Assembly: GCA_013239625.1 (NCBI GenBank)
Contig: MU053652.1
Location: 2,482,001-2,546,000 of the forward strand
Origin: Lama guanicoe
Taxonomy: Eukaryota
Direction of reading: 5' to 3'
DNA: 64,000 nucleotides
Below the pieces are notes generated by a model. The model was given only the letters and a program-made list of their open reading frames with translations, made no database searches and was not told the DNA's origin. Position 1 is the stretch's first letter, and every line of letters begins with the position of its first letter. Shown here one piece after another: positions 26,001 to 40,794 of this stretch. The translations under genes and the position numbers were made by a program.

Positions 26001-27889
26001 AAAGGATCAATTTATCACTTCCATTTACTATCACCCTTCTATGCAAGGGTTTCTTAGCTTTAAACCCTTTGGGGGAAGTGAAAGGCAGTTTCCTGGACTT
26101 GAAGGGGAGGGGAGGAAGAAATGAATTATTGTCAGTAGATGGTCAGTCCACATCTATTTTCATCAATTCTTAACTCCACTGGGGTTTCTGCACTGCCATA
26201 ATGTTGTTCTTTTGATTCTGGCACTAGTGGTATGGGCTACTACTGCTAGTTTCTACAGTGAAGGAGCAAGAATTAACTTAAGGAGAGATAGCTTGTGTCT
26301 CATTTAAAGAGTTCCTGTAGGCCAGGGATGATTTCAGGGAAAGGAATCAGCAACCTGTGTTAAGTTTGCCACTTTGACAGAAAAACTTTTCATTTCATAG
26401 CATTTTACATTGTTTGAACTCTGCTTTCTTGATTATGCACATTGCATTACTTCTGTAATAATTTCATAAAAATAAAAAATGGCTGAACAAAAATGGCATT
26501 ATCAAAAACTGAAAAGGCTTAAAGGTCAAAACCAAGAAAGAAGCTTTCATTCTAACATATCATAACTATTAATACAGTCTTATGTATTAAATATCTTTCT
26601 AAGACGAAAACAAGGCTATCTTTCAATTTAATAACCTCTAATGGGTAGTAGCTGTGGTGGGGAAAAGGATAAAAGGTTTGCAACATATAATATTTTAACA
26701 GGCTTTAGAGTCAATTGCCAAAAAGCTTGACTGAATGCCAGGAGTCTTCACCAGGTTTTATAAAAACTGACTCACAAAGAAAAGTTAATCAAACAGATCA
26801 ATAAACAAGATCATGTTAATCATAAACACAGTTTTAAAGGACACCTACTTGAGAAAACAGAATAAGAATTGTACAATAAACAACTATTACTGTCAATCTG
26901 TTATTTTTACAGTTTTTTCAAGAAACTACAATGATAATTGTTCAATTCTCCTGTTTTTTTTCTTTAGCATCTGTAATACATGAAATAGTACAGCTAAAAG
27001 GGAAATCAGGTGAAATATTTTATCTGACAGTCTGAATCACATTTTTTTTCTCTTTCTTTGATTTACATAAAAGGAGATTACCAAAATGTGTAACATTAAG
27101 GGAACCCTATTGGGAGAATAAAAAGCTAACAAAAATATTTTTGAAATTATTTAAATTGCTGAGGAAGATACCTTTTTACCTTTTTGTATTGATTCATGAA
27201 CTAATTTTTGCTTCATGACCCAATGCACACAGATATCCTTTATTAATTACTTAAGACACAGAAAACAATTTTCAGAACTGCCACAGACCCTGTTTGGGGG
27301 AAGCATCCTAGGAACTTGTTTGGAAAAGCCAGGAATTTTTGAAGAAAGCACTAACCATTCTGTCTCTGGACTGCTGTTCTAATCCCCAGATCCTGGACTT
27401 GAGCTGCAACATTTCCTGCCTCCAGCCAGCACTGCTTGCTTCAGACTGGCCCCCACAATCTCAACTGGCAAGAGCCAATTCCTTAATATCCTGTTACTAC
27501 TGTTTGTCCTGAACTCAGTGGTCTTTGTTTGCTGACAGATTCCTTGGTTTGTCTCCAGTCTGAAGTTTTTGTCAGCAACCAAGGACCACCCTGAATGGGC
27601 TTTTCTTCAAATTGCAGGGCTTGTCCCTATACTTGTTTACATATAGATATACACACCGCACCCCCCAATTTTTTTTTTCTGATTGTTGAATATATTGTGC
27701 AGTGTTTAATACACTGAACCTTTAAAAGCTGTCCATTTATCTTTATTTCAAAAATTTGAAATTCAGGCCAGCATATACTTGAGCTAAGTATTTGGTGAAA
27801 TTTAAATGTGAATAAATAGCATAACCCCCCCCCTCCAACAATGCCACAGAAATATAAAATTTAATAAAAAGTTTTCCACAAATACTCTA

Positions 27890-28392
27890 TATGTTGGGAT
27901 ACTTTTCAGCTTCAAGTAACAGAAAACCTGAATAATGACAGATGAAGCAGCTCATATAACAAATTTTTGCAGGTAGACACCTACAGGATAGCTCAGCAAT
28001 TCAACCAAATCATGGTGCTAGATTAATGACCCTACAATTCTCCTGGCCTTCCACTCATCTCTGAAAGTTGCTAGTACCAGTCTAAGGATCACATCCTTTT
28101 ATAGGGCATTCAAACCAGGGAAAGAAATAACTCTTTCAGCATCTGTTTTCTTAGGGAAGATACTTTCCCCAAATGCCTTCCAGGAGACTTTCCTTATATC
28201 TTACTGGCCATAACTGTGTCACATGGGAGGAAGGGAAAGTGAAATAATCTGGCAAAGGATAACAATGACTGTTTACTGTTTTAGGCTAATCACAATTCAA
28301 CCCCTGGGCAACTTGGCATTAAACAAAATCATGACTTGGTTAATAAGAAAGGGCTGATGATTACAGGGTAGCAACCAACAATGTCTGCCACA
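27890..28392 (-). mobile_element. MaLR (MLT1-type) solo LTR
   Basis: ttcagcttcaagtaacagaaaacc at left and caaccaacaatgtctgccaca at right match antisense MLT1 termini. Confidence 0.65.
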
Positions 28393-28435
28393 TTCTTAAA
28401 TTCGAAATCTGGAAAATGAGAACGTCTGTTATGTA

Positions 28436-29825
28436 TTTTTACTGAAGTATAGTTGATTTATAATATTGTATTAGTTTCAGGTGTACAGCATGATTTGTGG
28501 TTTTTTGCAGATTATATTCCATCATAGGTCATTATATGACATTGGGTATAATACCCTGTGCTCTACAGTAAATTCTTGTTGCTTATCTATTATGTATGTA
28601 CGGTAGTTTGTATCTATTACTCCTATATTCCTGATTTATCCTTCCCCATTTCCCTATGCCTTTTAATAACCATAAGCTTGTTTTCTACATTTCTGTTTTG
28701 AATATAGATTTGTATTATTTTTTAGATTTCACATACAAGTGACATCATATGATGTTTGTCTTTCCCTGTGTGACTTATTTCAGTATGCATTATATTCCCT
28801 AGGTCCACCCATGTCCCTGCAAATGGTAATATTTCATTCTCTTTTTATGGCTGAGTAGTAAGTAATATTCCTTTGTGTATTGTACACACATTGTATGTAT
28901 GTATGTATGTGTGTATACATACATACACACACACCCGCCATATCTTCTTAAGCCAATTATCTGTTGATGAGCACTTGGGTTGCTTCTATGTCTTGGCTAT
29001 TGTAAATAGTGCTGCTATGAACATTGCGGTGCATGTATCTTTTTGAATTGAAGTTTTGTTTTTTCCAGACATATACCCAGGAGTGGAAATGCTGGACCAT
29101 ATGATAGTTCTGTTTTTAGTTTTTTAAGGAACCTCCATACTAGTTTACATGGGTGGGTGGCTACACCAATCTACATTCCCACCAACAGTATACAAGGGTT
29201 CTCTCTTCTCTAAATCCTCTCCAACATTTGTTATTTGTAGACTTTTTGATGATAGCCATTCTGACGATGTGAAGTGATATCTCACTGTGATTTACATTTC
29301 TCTAATAATTAGCAATGTTGAGCATCTTTTCATGTGCCTGTTAGCCATCTGAAATCTTCTTTCGAAAAATGTCTATTTAGGTCTACTCATTTTTTAATTG
29401 GTTTTATTATTTTTTTGATATTGAGTTGTATGAGTTGTTTGTACATTTTGAATATCAATCCCTTGTCAGTTGCATCATTTGTAAATATTTTTTCCCATTC
29501 TGTAGGTTGTCTTTTTGTTTTGTTGATGGTTTCCTTTGTTGTGTAAAAGCTTTTACGTTTGATTAGGTCATATTTGTTTATTTTTGCTTTTATTTCTTTT
29601 GCCTTAATTGACCATAGGTGTGTGGGTTTACTTCTGGGCTCCCTATTCTGTTCCATTTAACCGTTTGTGTGTTTTTCTGCAAATACCATGCTGTTTTGAT
29701 TAATGCAGCTGTGTAGTACAGACTGAAGTCTAGAAGGGTTGTTCTTCCAGCTTTGTTCTTTTTTCTCAGGATTGCTTTGGCAATTCTGGGTCTTTTGTGG
29801 TTCCATATAAATTTTAGAATTATTT
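28436..29825 (-). mobile_element. 5'-truncated L1 (ORF2 3' part + 3'UTR), same sense as MKLN1
   Basis: ORF 29387..29656 ([11 protein letters not shown]...[11 protein letters not shown]); left end tttttactgaagtatagttgattta. Confidence 0.92.
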
Positions 29826-32800
29826 TAGAACTTCTATCACTTTAACTGAACCCAGATTTCTACTACTCATTATTTACTTTTTGTAAAATTCCAACTAGGT
29901 TTTGACACTCAATAATATAGTATTTATTGATCTATCTCAGTTGTATTAAGTTACAAAGAATTAATATCACTGAATAGATCAACCATTATTTATTTAACCA
30001 GTTACCTACTGGTGGATAATTAAAGTTGTTTCCAGATTTCCGAACTCTTGCAAACAATACTGCAATAAGTATCTCTGTACAGCTTATTTTTATGCATCTG
30101 CACAACTGTGTGAGTAGGATAAATTCCTGGGAAAAAAAATGCTTGGTCAAAGAGTATACGTATTTAATACTTTAATAGGTATCAACATTCAGTGAATGAT
30201 CTTTTACTTTATATTTTAAAAATTATGAATGAAGCTGAGCATCTATACAGAAGTAAATTTATCAGCTTTTTGAATTGTTTTTTTTCTTTGAACTATCTAT
30301 TCATATTGTTTGTCATTTTTCTACTAAACAATCATTCCTCTTTTAGTGATTTTAAGTCTTTTGTTTATACAGTAGGATATTAACCTTTGTCTTAGTTGCT
30401 AGTTTGTCATTTGTTATTTAAGTATTTTTCCATAAGTAATTTTTTAATTTGCAAAGAAATCAAACTAAATCTTTTTCTTTATAACTTCTGGGTTTTGCAC
30501 CATGTTTGGAAAGGTCTTCCAATTCTAAATTATTAAGAACAATTAGACATGTATTTTTATTTCTTAAGTATAAAACCTGAGTCTACTCAGAATTTTTTGT
30601 GATATACAGACATCAGAGTCCCAGATTTTACTTTTTGCTTATTGCCAAGTCTTAGGTAACATTTCAGTGTCATTTATCACATAATCTATTTTGCTTCTCT
30701 GATTGGAAGTGCCACTTTACCATATACTAAATTCTCACATGTACTTGGGGATATTCTACACTATCTGTTCTATTCCATCCCATTAATCTGTACAGAACTG
30801 CAGCTTTATAAATATCTGGTAGTATTAATATTATTTCATTACCTTTCATTTTCAAAACAGCCTTTAGTGTTCTTGAATGCTTGTTTTTACAGGTGAACTT
30901 TTAATTTACATTTACTATCAAATGACCTAAATTTTATATTAAAAATATGAAATACTTTTATAAGCTTTTAACCAGCAAAAACACTCCTCCGAAGGTAAAA
31001 GGGGGAAGTTATAGAAAGTTACTATTACCAGTAATGTTGAGAAGAAAAAGAAGTACATAATCCGATTTTATCTGAATAATAGTATACCAAATATAAAATG
31101 CTAAATGGAAAGCAATGAATCCTAGTTACACTGAAAATAAGCAGTACCATTTCCTAGCTCAGTAGCTAATCTATGTTAATGACAGGAAATCATTAGCTTC
31201 AGAATGTTCTCTATACTGCTGAATTGGCCTTATTTAGTTAATTGGTAAAAGTCTAAAAGGGTCAAAAACATAAGGACTCATCACACACACATACATACTT
31301 GATTAAAAAAACAAACAGTATCAGTAAGCACAATAAGCACATTCCCAGGGTTGAAATGAAAATCAGTAAGATTTTGCTTTTAAGATTTTCATGAAATTAT
31401 GTTTACAGATACACCAGATCTTGCAGACATAACTAATACGGCTCATATTTGTTATTTTCACAGCCTGATAAAAGCAGAAAGGAGTGAAATTTAACTGTCA
31501 AAATTCTGGAGCTAGATGAAGCCTTAAAATCATCTGGTCAAATTAAATAACATTCATTAGTTCAAAGATCAACTGGTCAAATCCCCTCATTTTCAGGTGG
31601 ATAGTCAAGTCCAGAGAAGTTATATAATTCTGGCAAAGTTACAGAAGGATAAGTGGCAGACCCTGATGAAGAGAGCTGTTGATTCTGAATTCACTATTCT
31701 TTCAATTATACCAATCTGCCACTATGGTTAGAACAGAATGGAATAAACAGTGGCAGATGTGGGAAAATACAGTTGATAGAATTTAAGGAACAAAACAAGT
31801 ATACACATTTCTACTACAGAAGAGGGATTAGGTTGTGAGAGCTCTGTATCATCAAGGCCCAACTTCGTATCTGGCAAATGGTGAAGACACAATATGTGTT
31901 TGTTACCTTGAATAATACAGATATGAGAAAGTAATTCCATTATAATAGACTGAATTTCTATGGTAAACTGTAAGTTCTGCTGGTGTGACAGGACTTCTAA
32001 ACATAATTTTCAATTAGTGTTAAATTCAGAGTTTACATATGGGGAGTCTGCTAAGCCCCTTGTGTTCACAGACTTACTTCAAAAGTTACTCAGAAAAAAC
32101 CCCCAAATTTTAGATGTGCTGAATTTGGATGTAATTATGTATGTGTTAGACACAATATTAATAAATCCCTTCTTCCTCAACAGCTGCCAATTCACTGATT
32201 TAAATTATAATTTCCTTCTGAGGGAGACATAAAATTGTTATACTCTAGTTAAGAAATAAGAACTAATGTTTCTTTAGATCTTAAAATATTAAATCTGAGT
32301 AATTTATTTAAGTAACTATAAATAGTAACCATTTAAGATTTTATAGTATCTGACACAATAAAAATTTACAAGAAGCAGCAATTTTACAATTAGATATACC
32401 ATCTCTAATTAGTGATCTCAATAGTTCACACAAATTTCTTCTATGATTTCAAACAATCCAATTTGAAACTCACATAAAAGCAGTTTTAATCAAATAACCC
32501 ACATTACTGAATCACAGATAAACATAGTAATTATATATCAAGTCCATCTTCAATTACAGTAATTAACTATAATAAAACAGCTTTTGAAGAAGTTAATAAA
32601 TAGAATGTTTAAATGAGCTACAGAGCATCCGTGTAATGTAATAAAATTGGTGCTTTCTAAGAATATTTAACAATTTAGAAATTTAAATAGTACTGTTTTG
32701 TCCTCCAAAGGATTTTTAATGGCTTACAAAATAATTAACAATCTAGTAAGATGAAATTTAAAATTTAAATGGACTTTAAAAAAATCAAGTAAAAGTAATT

Positions 32801-34399
32801 CTACAGGAGGATAATACATATACCATAGTTCCAACATGAGGTTTTCTGATTGGACTAACTTAATCCAGTGAAGAAATTTTTAGGAGATCTAGGATACTGA
32901 AAAGACTGAATGCTCTTTAAGAAATCCTAAATAAAGTCTGAGCAAATTTTACAGGTTTTGAAAAGCAAAGTCAAGATTATACTGCCAGGTGAATACCTAG
33001 AATTGTGTTAACAATTAAAGATAGAACCATATGCTCTAATTCCTAACCTGGGTTTGAGGAATTAAAGAATTTCAGGAGACAATGATCTATAAGCCAAGAT
33101 CTGAACGATGAGCCCAAGTACACTACATTTTGGAGGTGGGAGGAAAGAGCGATTCAGGTACGGAGAAGAATATGGGCAAAACTCCAAAGGCATGAAAAAG
33201 TATACTATCAATGAAGAATTAATATTCGGTGGTCATGAAACAAAGAATTGGTGGATACCAAGAATGGAGAACTAACGATGCTGAAGCATATCATAAAGAA
33301 ATCTGTGAGTCAGGCTGCATTTAGATTTAATTGTGAGGGCAAAGAGAAACAGTAAAAAGATTTTAAGCAAGGAAGAAAAATCAGGGTTTAAAAAAAATTT
33401 TTTAAAGATATTTTCTTATCTTATTAGTACTAATTAAAAGATAAGGTTGTCAATCTATTACTTTTTCCTCCCTATGTGCAACTATAAGCTTCATGAAGAT
33501 AGAGCCCTTATTCACAGTTGTATCTCTAGTGCTTAGATTATTTTCTAACACCTAGTAGTTGACCAATAAAAAATCTTTTGAATAAATGTTAAAGTGTACG
33601 GTTCTGCACTTAACTGGTAACACAGAACAGCTGCATTCTGCTTGAAGTGTGAAGAATGGGTTGGGGGAGGGATGGGATACCCAGGAAGAAGACTAGAAAC
33701 AAGGCCAAACAGGTGTTGACAGCCCAAACTAGTGAAGTAGCAATGGGAAGAGAGAAAAGACGGAGGTAAAACTGACTTGACTTGATTACTGAATAGATCA
33801 GTGAACCTGTAGGTAGTATTGACATACTTGTGAAAACTGAGGTATCCGACAATACCAGCCCATAGAGTCAATCCATTTCTATTCCTAGAGTAGCCATGAG
33901 TAGGAATACTATTTTCCTTAAAGTATAATTTGGATCATTTACAGACATGCAAACTAAAGCTAAGGACATTAGGTACCTTGCCCAGGGAACTAAGGTTAGG
34001 GTCTGAAGAACCAGAACAGTGGTTCTCAATCATCACCACTTATCAGAAACCCTTGGGGTAGGGGCGGGGGCTGGGCAAGGAAGATAGAGAGTGAAAAGGG
34101 GACTCAAGGAGGGGAGTACAAAAGAAAGAAAAGGGGGGAATGGGAAAGAAGAGAGAAATGAGCAGGAGGAAGTGACAGAAGTGAAGGAGGGAGTGAGGGA
34201 GATGGAAAAAAATAAGAAAAATAGAAAAATGAAAAGTATTTCAGCTTCACTCTAATATGCCAATAGAGCTACTGAGAATTTCACAATTTCAAGTAATAAC
34301 AGCAACAGTTTTAGGCAAGAAAAATTTCCAAGTAGTTCTAACCAGATTCTCAACTCTGGCATAAAAAATCCTCAGTTGAAGCACCTGATGCACATACAG

Positions 34400-34960
34400 C
34401 CTTTGGACAATGCAACTTACAGGCATATAGTCAAAATTAACTACTTGGAAAATGCACATTTAGACAAAACTTTAATCACATTACGACCCTGGCATTAAAT
34501 CTTTCAATAACTTCCTATTTAGGGGAAAAAAAATCCAAATTTCCTCCATTTGTACAAGGCACTGAATGAATAATCAGATTCTCAACTATTTCTCTAACCT
34601 CATTTCACACCAACTTTCCCCATCCTCAGTCTGCACCAGTCCCTTCTGTTTCTGGAACACTACATTCTTTCCTGCTTTGAAATCTTTGTACATGTCTTTC
34701 TCTCAGTTCTCCACATGGTTCTTTCCTAATTCTTTACTTCTCATCTTGAAGTTTACCTCCTCAGAGCCAGTTTCCCAACCTACTCTATCTAAACGGGACC
34801 TCCTATGTTGCTCATTTTTTTCCTTCACAGTACTTAGGAGACAACTGTAGGTCTCTCTTCATTAGAATGAGTCCTCTGGGAGCAGGAATCTTATCCCCTA
34901 TAGGCCCACAGCTATAGACCTAAACTTAATTGGCATATAGAAGGCACTGAAATATGTTGG
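34400..34960 (+). mobile_element. LINE-2 fragment
   Basis: Pyrimidine-rich L2-like body and 3' end tggcatatagaaggcactgaaatatgttg. Confidence 0.5.
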
Positions 34961-35629
34961 GAGAAAGGAAGGGAGAAGGTCAAATTTAGATAGTAGTAGC
35001 TGATCAACAAATTATCAATGAACTTATTTGTGCTGTGGGATAATTCACCATAAATCAATTAAAAATTAAAGAACCCATAGCAAAATTACTGATTCTAACT
35101 TTATAAAAGTTGATTATAGCAGTGATTAAGGAATGAATTCAGTTGTCTTTTCTACTAATACCTCTAGTCCTTGGTTATAAAACCATAATGATAAAAAAAA
35201 CCCCACAATTTAATGTAAGTTAAAAAACAGCAGAATATAAAATTATGCTAAATTTTAGAAAATAAATAATTTTTAAAAGATTAGAAGGAAATATATCAAA
35301 ATGTTAATAGATTATATTTGGATGGTTTGATATATATTCTTTTTTGCATGTTTCTATATTTTCCAAATTCTCTACAATGAGCATATTACTACTACCATAA
35401 TCAAAACAAAACTGAACAAAAAGAACAATTATTATACTTTGCTGGTTCTAAAGCTAGTCACAATCATGAATGAAACATTATACTGACCAATTTTACAAAT
35501 TACTAAATCATAATAACTCATTTTTTAAAACTTTCAAGTGATAGTCATTAAAGTTATTACTATCATGAATTTTTTGCTAAATCTTTACCACTATCACTCT
35601 GCCACTTTTTCCTTTTAATCTTGGGAAGT

Positions 35630-35830
35630 AGTATGGTGGGAAAAAATGCCTTCTTTGCACTAAAACTTCTAAATTTCAGCTCTGTCATTATCTAGTTGTG
35701 TATTACTGAATATAATACTTCACTGAGTTCAATTTTTCTAGGTAATAATACCACCAACCAGAGCTATTTATAAAGCTCCATGCTTAGTGACTGGCATATA
35801 GTAGGGTCCAAAAAAAGAGTAGCTACTATA
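35630..35830 (+). mobile_element. MIR SINE fragment
   Basis: tttcagctctgtcattatctagttgtgt...ctggcatatagtagg...tagctactat. Confidence 0.55.
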
Positions 35831-36606
35831 ATCCAACTGAGTGTCACCTACTAGCCAGATTATAAACACGTTGAGAGACCATGATCATCTGGTTCCACTG
35901 TATCCCTAGTCTAGCACTGAGCCAGCATGTAGTAGTTCTCAACACATACTTGTCAAACCAATTACTATCTTCACTAACTTTTCCAGGCAGAGCTGTGTTA
36001 GGATTGTAGGGAATTATTACTGCCCTCTTCCTAGTTATTTTAATGGGAAATTAGACTAAATCTTAAAAGCTAGAGGAAGCCACAGATTAAATCATATGGC
36101 AGTAGAAAATAAATGAGTAAACAAATAAGACAGACAACTTTAGATAGGATAAGTAATGTTATTAGTCATTTCTTATGATATTCCCTTCCATAATTTTACA
36201 TAATGTGCTTAAGCTGCTACTTCTTGCTATAGTAGATGAAGAATTTTACTACACTGACACTATCCTTCCACTAAATTTTAACCCAGTTTTTAGTTAAATT
36301 GATTGTAGTTTTTGTATTATGATTAGGGAAATACTGCTTACTGTAGAGCCAAGAAAAATACTATGATGATGTCTCCTTTCCTAAAAAAATTTTTTTCCTA
36401 TTATGTTCCTATCCTTAATCTTTTACAACAGACATTATTTACTAACCAACATTTTTATTCCAAATGTTCAAATATAACTATTGCAGGATCCTCTTTTTCT
36501 CAGCATGTTTTCTTTCTAACTACTTTTACTCCCTTTTGTCAGCATATATGATGTACTAATTTCCTAAAATACAGTGCTTAAAAGATCTATCATTTTTTAA
36601 ATCTTC

Positions 36607-37040
36607 TGTGGCACATACTGTTGAATGCATGATCCAACAGCCATTTCCAAGCCACTTCCCCTGTGTACTAGATAAACGCTGGAAAAGCTAAATGCTTGCT
36701 TTCTCAGACTCTCTCGAAGCCAGATTTCATAGTCCTACTCAATGAAATGTAAGTAGGGAGCTTTCTGGGCACATTCTCCTTTTTTTCCTATCTGGAATGA
36801 AGGTATAGAGTTTCAGATGTTCCAGCCAACTTGCCACCATGAGGCTACAACCAGTTAAAAATAGAAAAACAAAAATTAAAAAGAACCTGAGGGCCTTCAT
36901 GATATTTGAGTTACTACATCAGTCCCAGATTATCTACATCTGGATTTCTCGTGCTGTGAGAGAAAGTTTCCCTATTTGTTTAAGTCATTCTTCTCTGGGT
37001 TTTCTATTACTTGCAGACAAACACATACCATTGATAAACA
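36607..37040 (+). mobile_element. MaLR (MLT1J/K-like) solo LTR
   Basis: Starts tgtggcacatactgt; ends tgtttaagtca...gggttttctattacttgcag...cat. Confidence 0.65.
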
Positions 37041-38326
37041 CAATACATTCTGAAAATAGAATTCTTTCCCTCTTGTTTCCTTGATGTTTTGGTTAGGAAT
37101 AAATTTCAGGTTGATGATAATTTTCCCTCAGAATTTTTAAGACCTTGTTTCCCTTTATAGTTTTCAAAGATGCTGAGAATTTCTGTATCATTCTAAGATC
37201 TGTCACTTTGAATGTGACCTCATTTTACACTGGCAATTTTAAAAAATATTCCTTTTATGCCTGATATGTGAAATTCCACAACGAACAATGATGTGCCTTC
37301 AGATTGAGAAGGTTTTTGTTTTTTTCTAAATTCAATGTATGGATTACCAAAGAGAGTCATTTATAAGGTGAAGACCAATACTTCTCAGTTTGGGACTTTT
37401 CTGTTAATTCTTTGTTTTATAATCTAATGTTCTCCGTTTTCCTTGTTCTCTATAGCTGAAGAAACTCTTATTGGTTCAGCATTGGATCTCCTGAGCTGAT
37501 TTTCTAAGATCCTTATTTTCTCCACTTTCCCATCTCTCTTTGTCTACTTTTCAGGAGGTGTCTTATAACTCTTCTACTTTTTATTCTAACAAAATTTATT
37601 TTCCAAAAACTTTCTTAGTCTCTTATCTCTTACTACACCCTATTATTGTTTTATGTATGCAGTATTCTTTTCTATAACAAAAGTGATCTTGATCATTATT
37701 TTCATTTACTTGCATTCAGTGCACTAATCCAGATTTCTGTCTTCAAGTTTGTTTGTTTTTTTTTTTTTTGTCTCTCTCTTTCACTGTGAAGGTCCTAATA
37801 CAGAAGAACTGACAGTTCATTAAGAGTGAAGAAATAAAATTTAATTTAAAACCCTATGTGTACAGTGGGTACCACTGTTGGGGGACTGGGCCATGAAAGT
37901 AGCCACTGTACTGGGGACTAGGCAGTAAGATTAGACATTTTACTTTTGTGGGGGATATTCCCAAACAACAGTATCTGGAAATCTTTTCTCTGGGGCCACA
38001 CATTTCCACCAGAGAATGTGATTCTAACCTTTTGCCAGGAGACATATGCCTAATGTCATGGGAGCAGGGAAATGGTTAGAAGTTCCACTATTCAGTATAT
38101 AGACTTAATTCTCCTGTTTTCTACCCTGTTCCCTCTGCCTCTACAGAGCCTCTATTATTTCACTTCCCCCAGAAAATAAAGCTCTGGCCTCTGCCTAGTA
38201 GGAAGTATGAGAGAAGGATCCTGAGGGTCAAACTACTTTACATGTACTTTTTTATTGTGGTGTCATCTTTTGTTTAAAAAGAAAAAACCTCCTAAATATA
38301 AACAACAATTAAAAACCATATATATG

Positions 38327-39106
38327 ATCATTCAAAAGTCCACAAATGACAAATGCTGGAGAGGCTGTGGAGAAAAGGGAACCCTCCTACACTGCTGGTG
38401 GGAATGCAGTTTGGTGCAGCCACTGTGGAAAACAGGATGGAGATTCCTCAAAAGACTAGAAATAGACTTACCATATGACCCAGGAATCCCGCTCCTGGGC
38501 ATATATCCAGAAGGAACCCTACTTCAGGATGACACCTGCACCCCAATGTTCATAGCAGCACTATTTACAATAGCCAAGGCATGGAAACAGCCTAAATGTC
38601 CAACAACAGATGACTGGATAAAGAAGATGTGGTATATTTATACAATGGAATACTACTCAGCCATAAAAACCGACAACATAATGCCATTTGTAGCAGCATG
38701 GATGTCCCTGAGAATGTCATTCTAAGTGAAGTAAGCCAGAAAGAGAAAGAAAAATACCATATGAGATCGCTCATATGTGGAATCTTATAAAAAAGAACAT
38801 AAATACAAAACAGAAACAGACTTATAGACATAGAATACAAACTTGTGGTTGCCAAAGTGGGGAGGTGGTGGGAAGGGATAGACTGGGAATTCAAAATTTG
38901 TAGATATTGACAGGCATACATAGAATAGATAAACAAGATTATACTGTATAGCACAGGGAAATATATACAAGATCTTGCGGTAGCTCACAGAGAAAAAAAA
39001 TGTCACAATGAATATATGTATGTTCATGTATAACTGAAAAATTGTGCTCTACACTGGAATTTGACACAAAATTATAAAATGACTATAACTCAATAAAAAA
39101 TGTTTT
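38327..39106 (+). mobile_element. Relatively young 5'-truncated L1 with intact ORF2 C-terminal CCHC segment
   Basis: ORF 38255..38725 ([19 protein letters not shown]...DTCTPMFIAALFTIAK); imperfect TSD at 38311-38326 and 39107-39122. Confidence 0.95.
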
Positions 39107-39819
39107 AAAGAACATACATATGTGTATGCATACTTTTTTTTTTACATTATAGCTAAAAGGAAAAGCAAGCTGATCTGATTTCTGACTTTACTGCTCAAAT
39201 TAGGTATTTTAAAACACTGGGCCTTAAAACAAATACCATTCTTCTGTGTATACTAATCACAGGCAAAGAGACTACTATATAGAATAACTATGTAAATTAT
39301 CACCCAAAATAAGACATTTTTGAGAGTGAGTGGGGCACTATTAATAATTATGGCAAGGCAATATGCATAAGCTGGGATTATCTCAGACAAACTAGTCACC
39401 ATATCATCAGGAGAATAACTTCTTGGATGCTGAGCTTGTAAACTCAAAGACATACTCTACTACACATGCCTAATATATATAAGTCACTATAGTGAAAACA
39501 GAAAGTGGAAAGGATCAGCAAATACAAGGTAATATAGTTTTTAAGATACTCATTTATACAACCACCGCTAACAAACACACATATAAATAATTCCTTCAGA
39601 AATTCACATACTATTTTTCTCCTCAAAGAAATAATAATAATTCATATAGTATCTTTAAATAGATAGAACTCAAAAATTTAGCTGGTAGAGTTTTCTCTCT
39701 CTTACTCAGAATTACTTCAATTAAACAAATGGGAAAAGGAAGTAGAACGGTTAGAAAGAAAAGAAAATGGACTATAGTCTTCTACCTAAAGTAAATAAGA
39801 CATGTTAGAAGAATCACTA

Positions 39820-40032
<213 letters not shown>

Positions 40033-40794
40033 TTAAAACTTGAATTTCAACAAAAGCAATTTTATGAGAGATTTCATGCAGTGGAGTACTACACTGGTGT
40101 AACGAGGAATGAGGAACCTCTCTACATACTACAAGAGGTAATCGCAAGGATATCCTATTAAAACAGAAAAAAGCAAGGCACAGAATAATTGTTGCCTTTA
40201 TGTAAGAAAGGAGAAAAAGAAAGGTGTGTTGTGTTTGTTTCTTTCTTTAAAAAGAAGCAAAGGAAATTAGTAAAAGACAGTTACCTACACAGGAAGGAAC
40301 AGAGCAGGAAGCCAGAGATAAAAACAAGATCTCTCTGAATGTATACTCACGGTTCTGCCTTTAGATCTATGTGTATGTTTTTATTTAATTAGAAAACAAA
40401 ATTAACTCAAAAGAAAAAAAAATCTCTGAAATTTGAAAAAAAAGTAAAACAAATAAACCTATCTGTATACCAAGACATGAGCACACAGAGAGACATGATC
40501 GCACAGTGAGGTGGTATTTTTATTGATTTTAATTCTTGTTTTTTGTCTACCCATCCCTAGCAGGCTATATCCTAAACAAAAAAATAATCAGAAAGCAATC
40601 TTAGACAGCATTCAGTGATTTTTTTTTTTGGTTTGTTTTTGCTATTCTGAAACTATTACAGAAAGTCAGAGCAAGTAGTATCATATTGTCATTAGGAAGC
40701 AGGATTTTAATCTTAAAAGATACATGAAAACAAAATCAAAGGTATTAAATTTCAGGGGATAAAAAAGAAAAATGATAGCACTGAGATTAAAGAC

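Noticed and set aside
27379..27582. 67-aa minus-strand ORF as a novel exon or retrocopy
   Set aside because: No recognisable protein; overlaps LTR-like (MLT2-like) sequence.
38255..38725. 156-aa ORF as a host gene
   Set aside because: It is the L1 ORF2 C-terminus plus flanking sequence from a 5'-truncated insertion.
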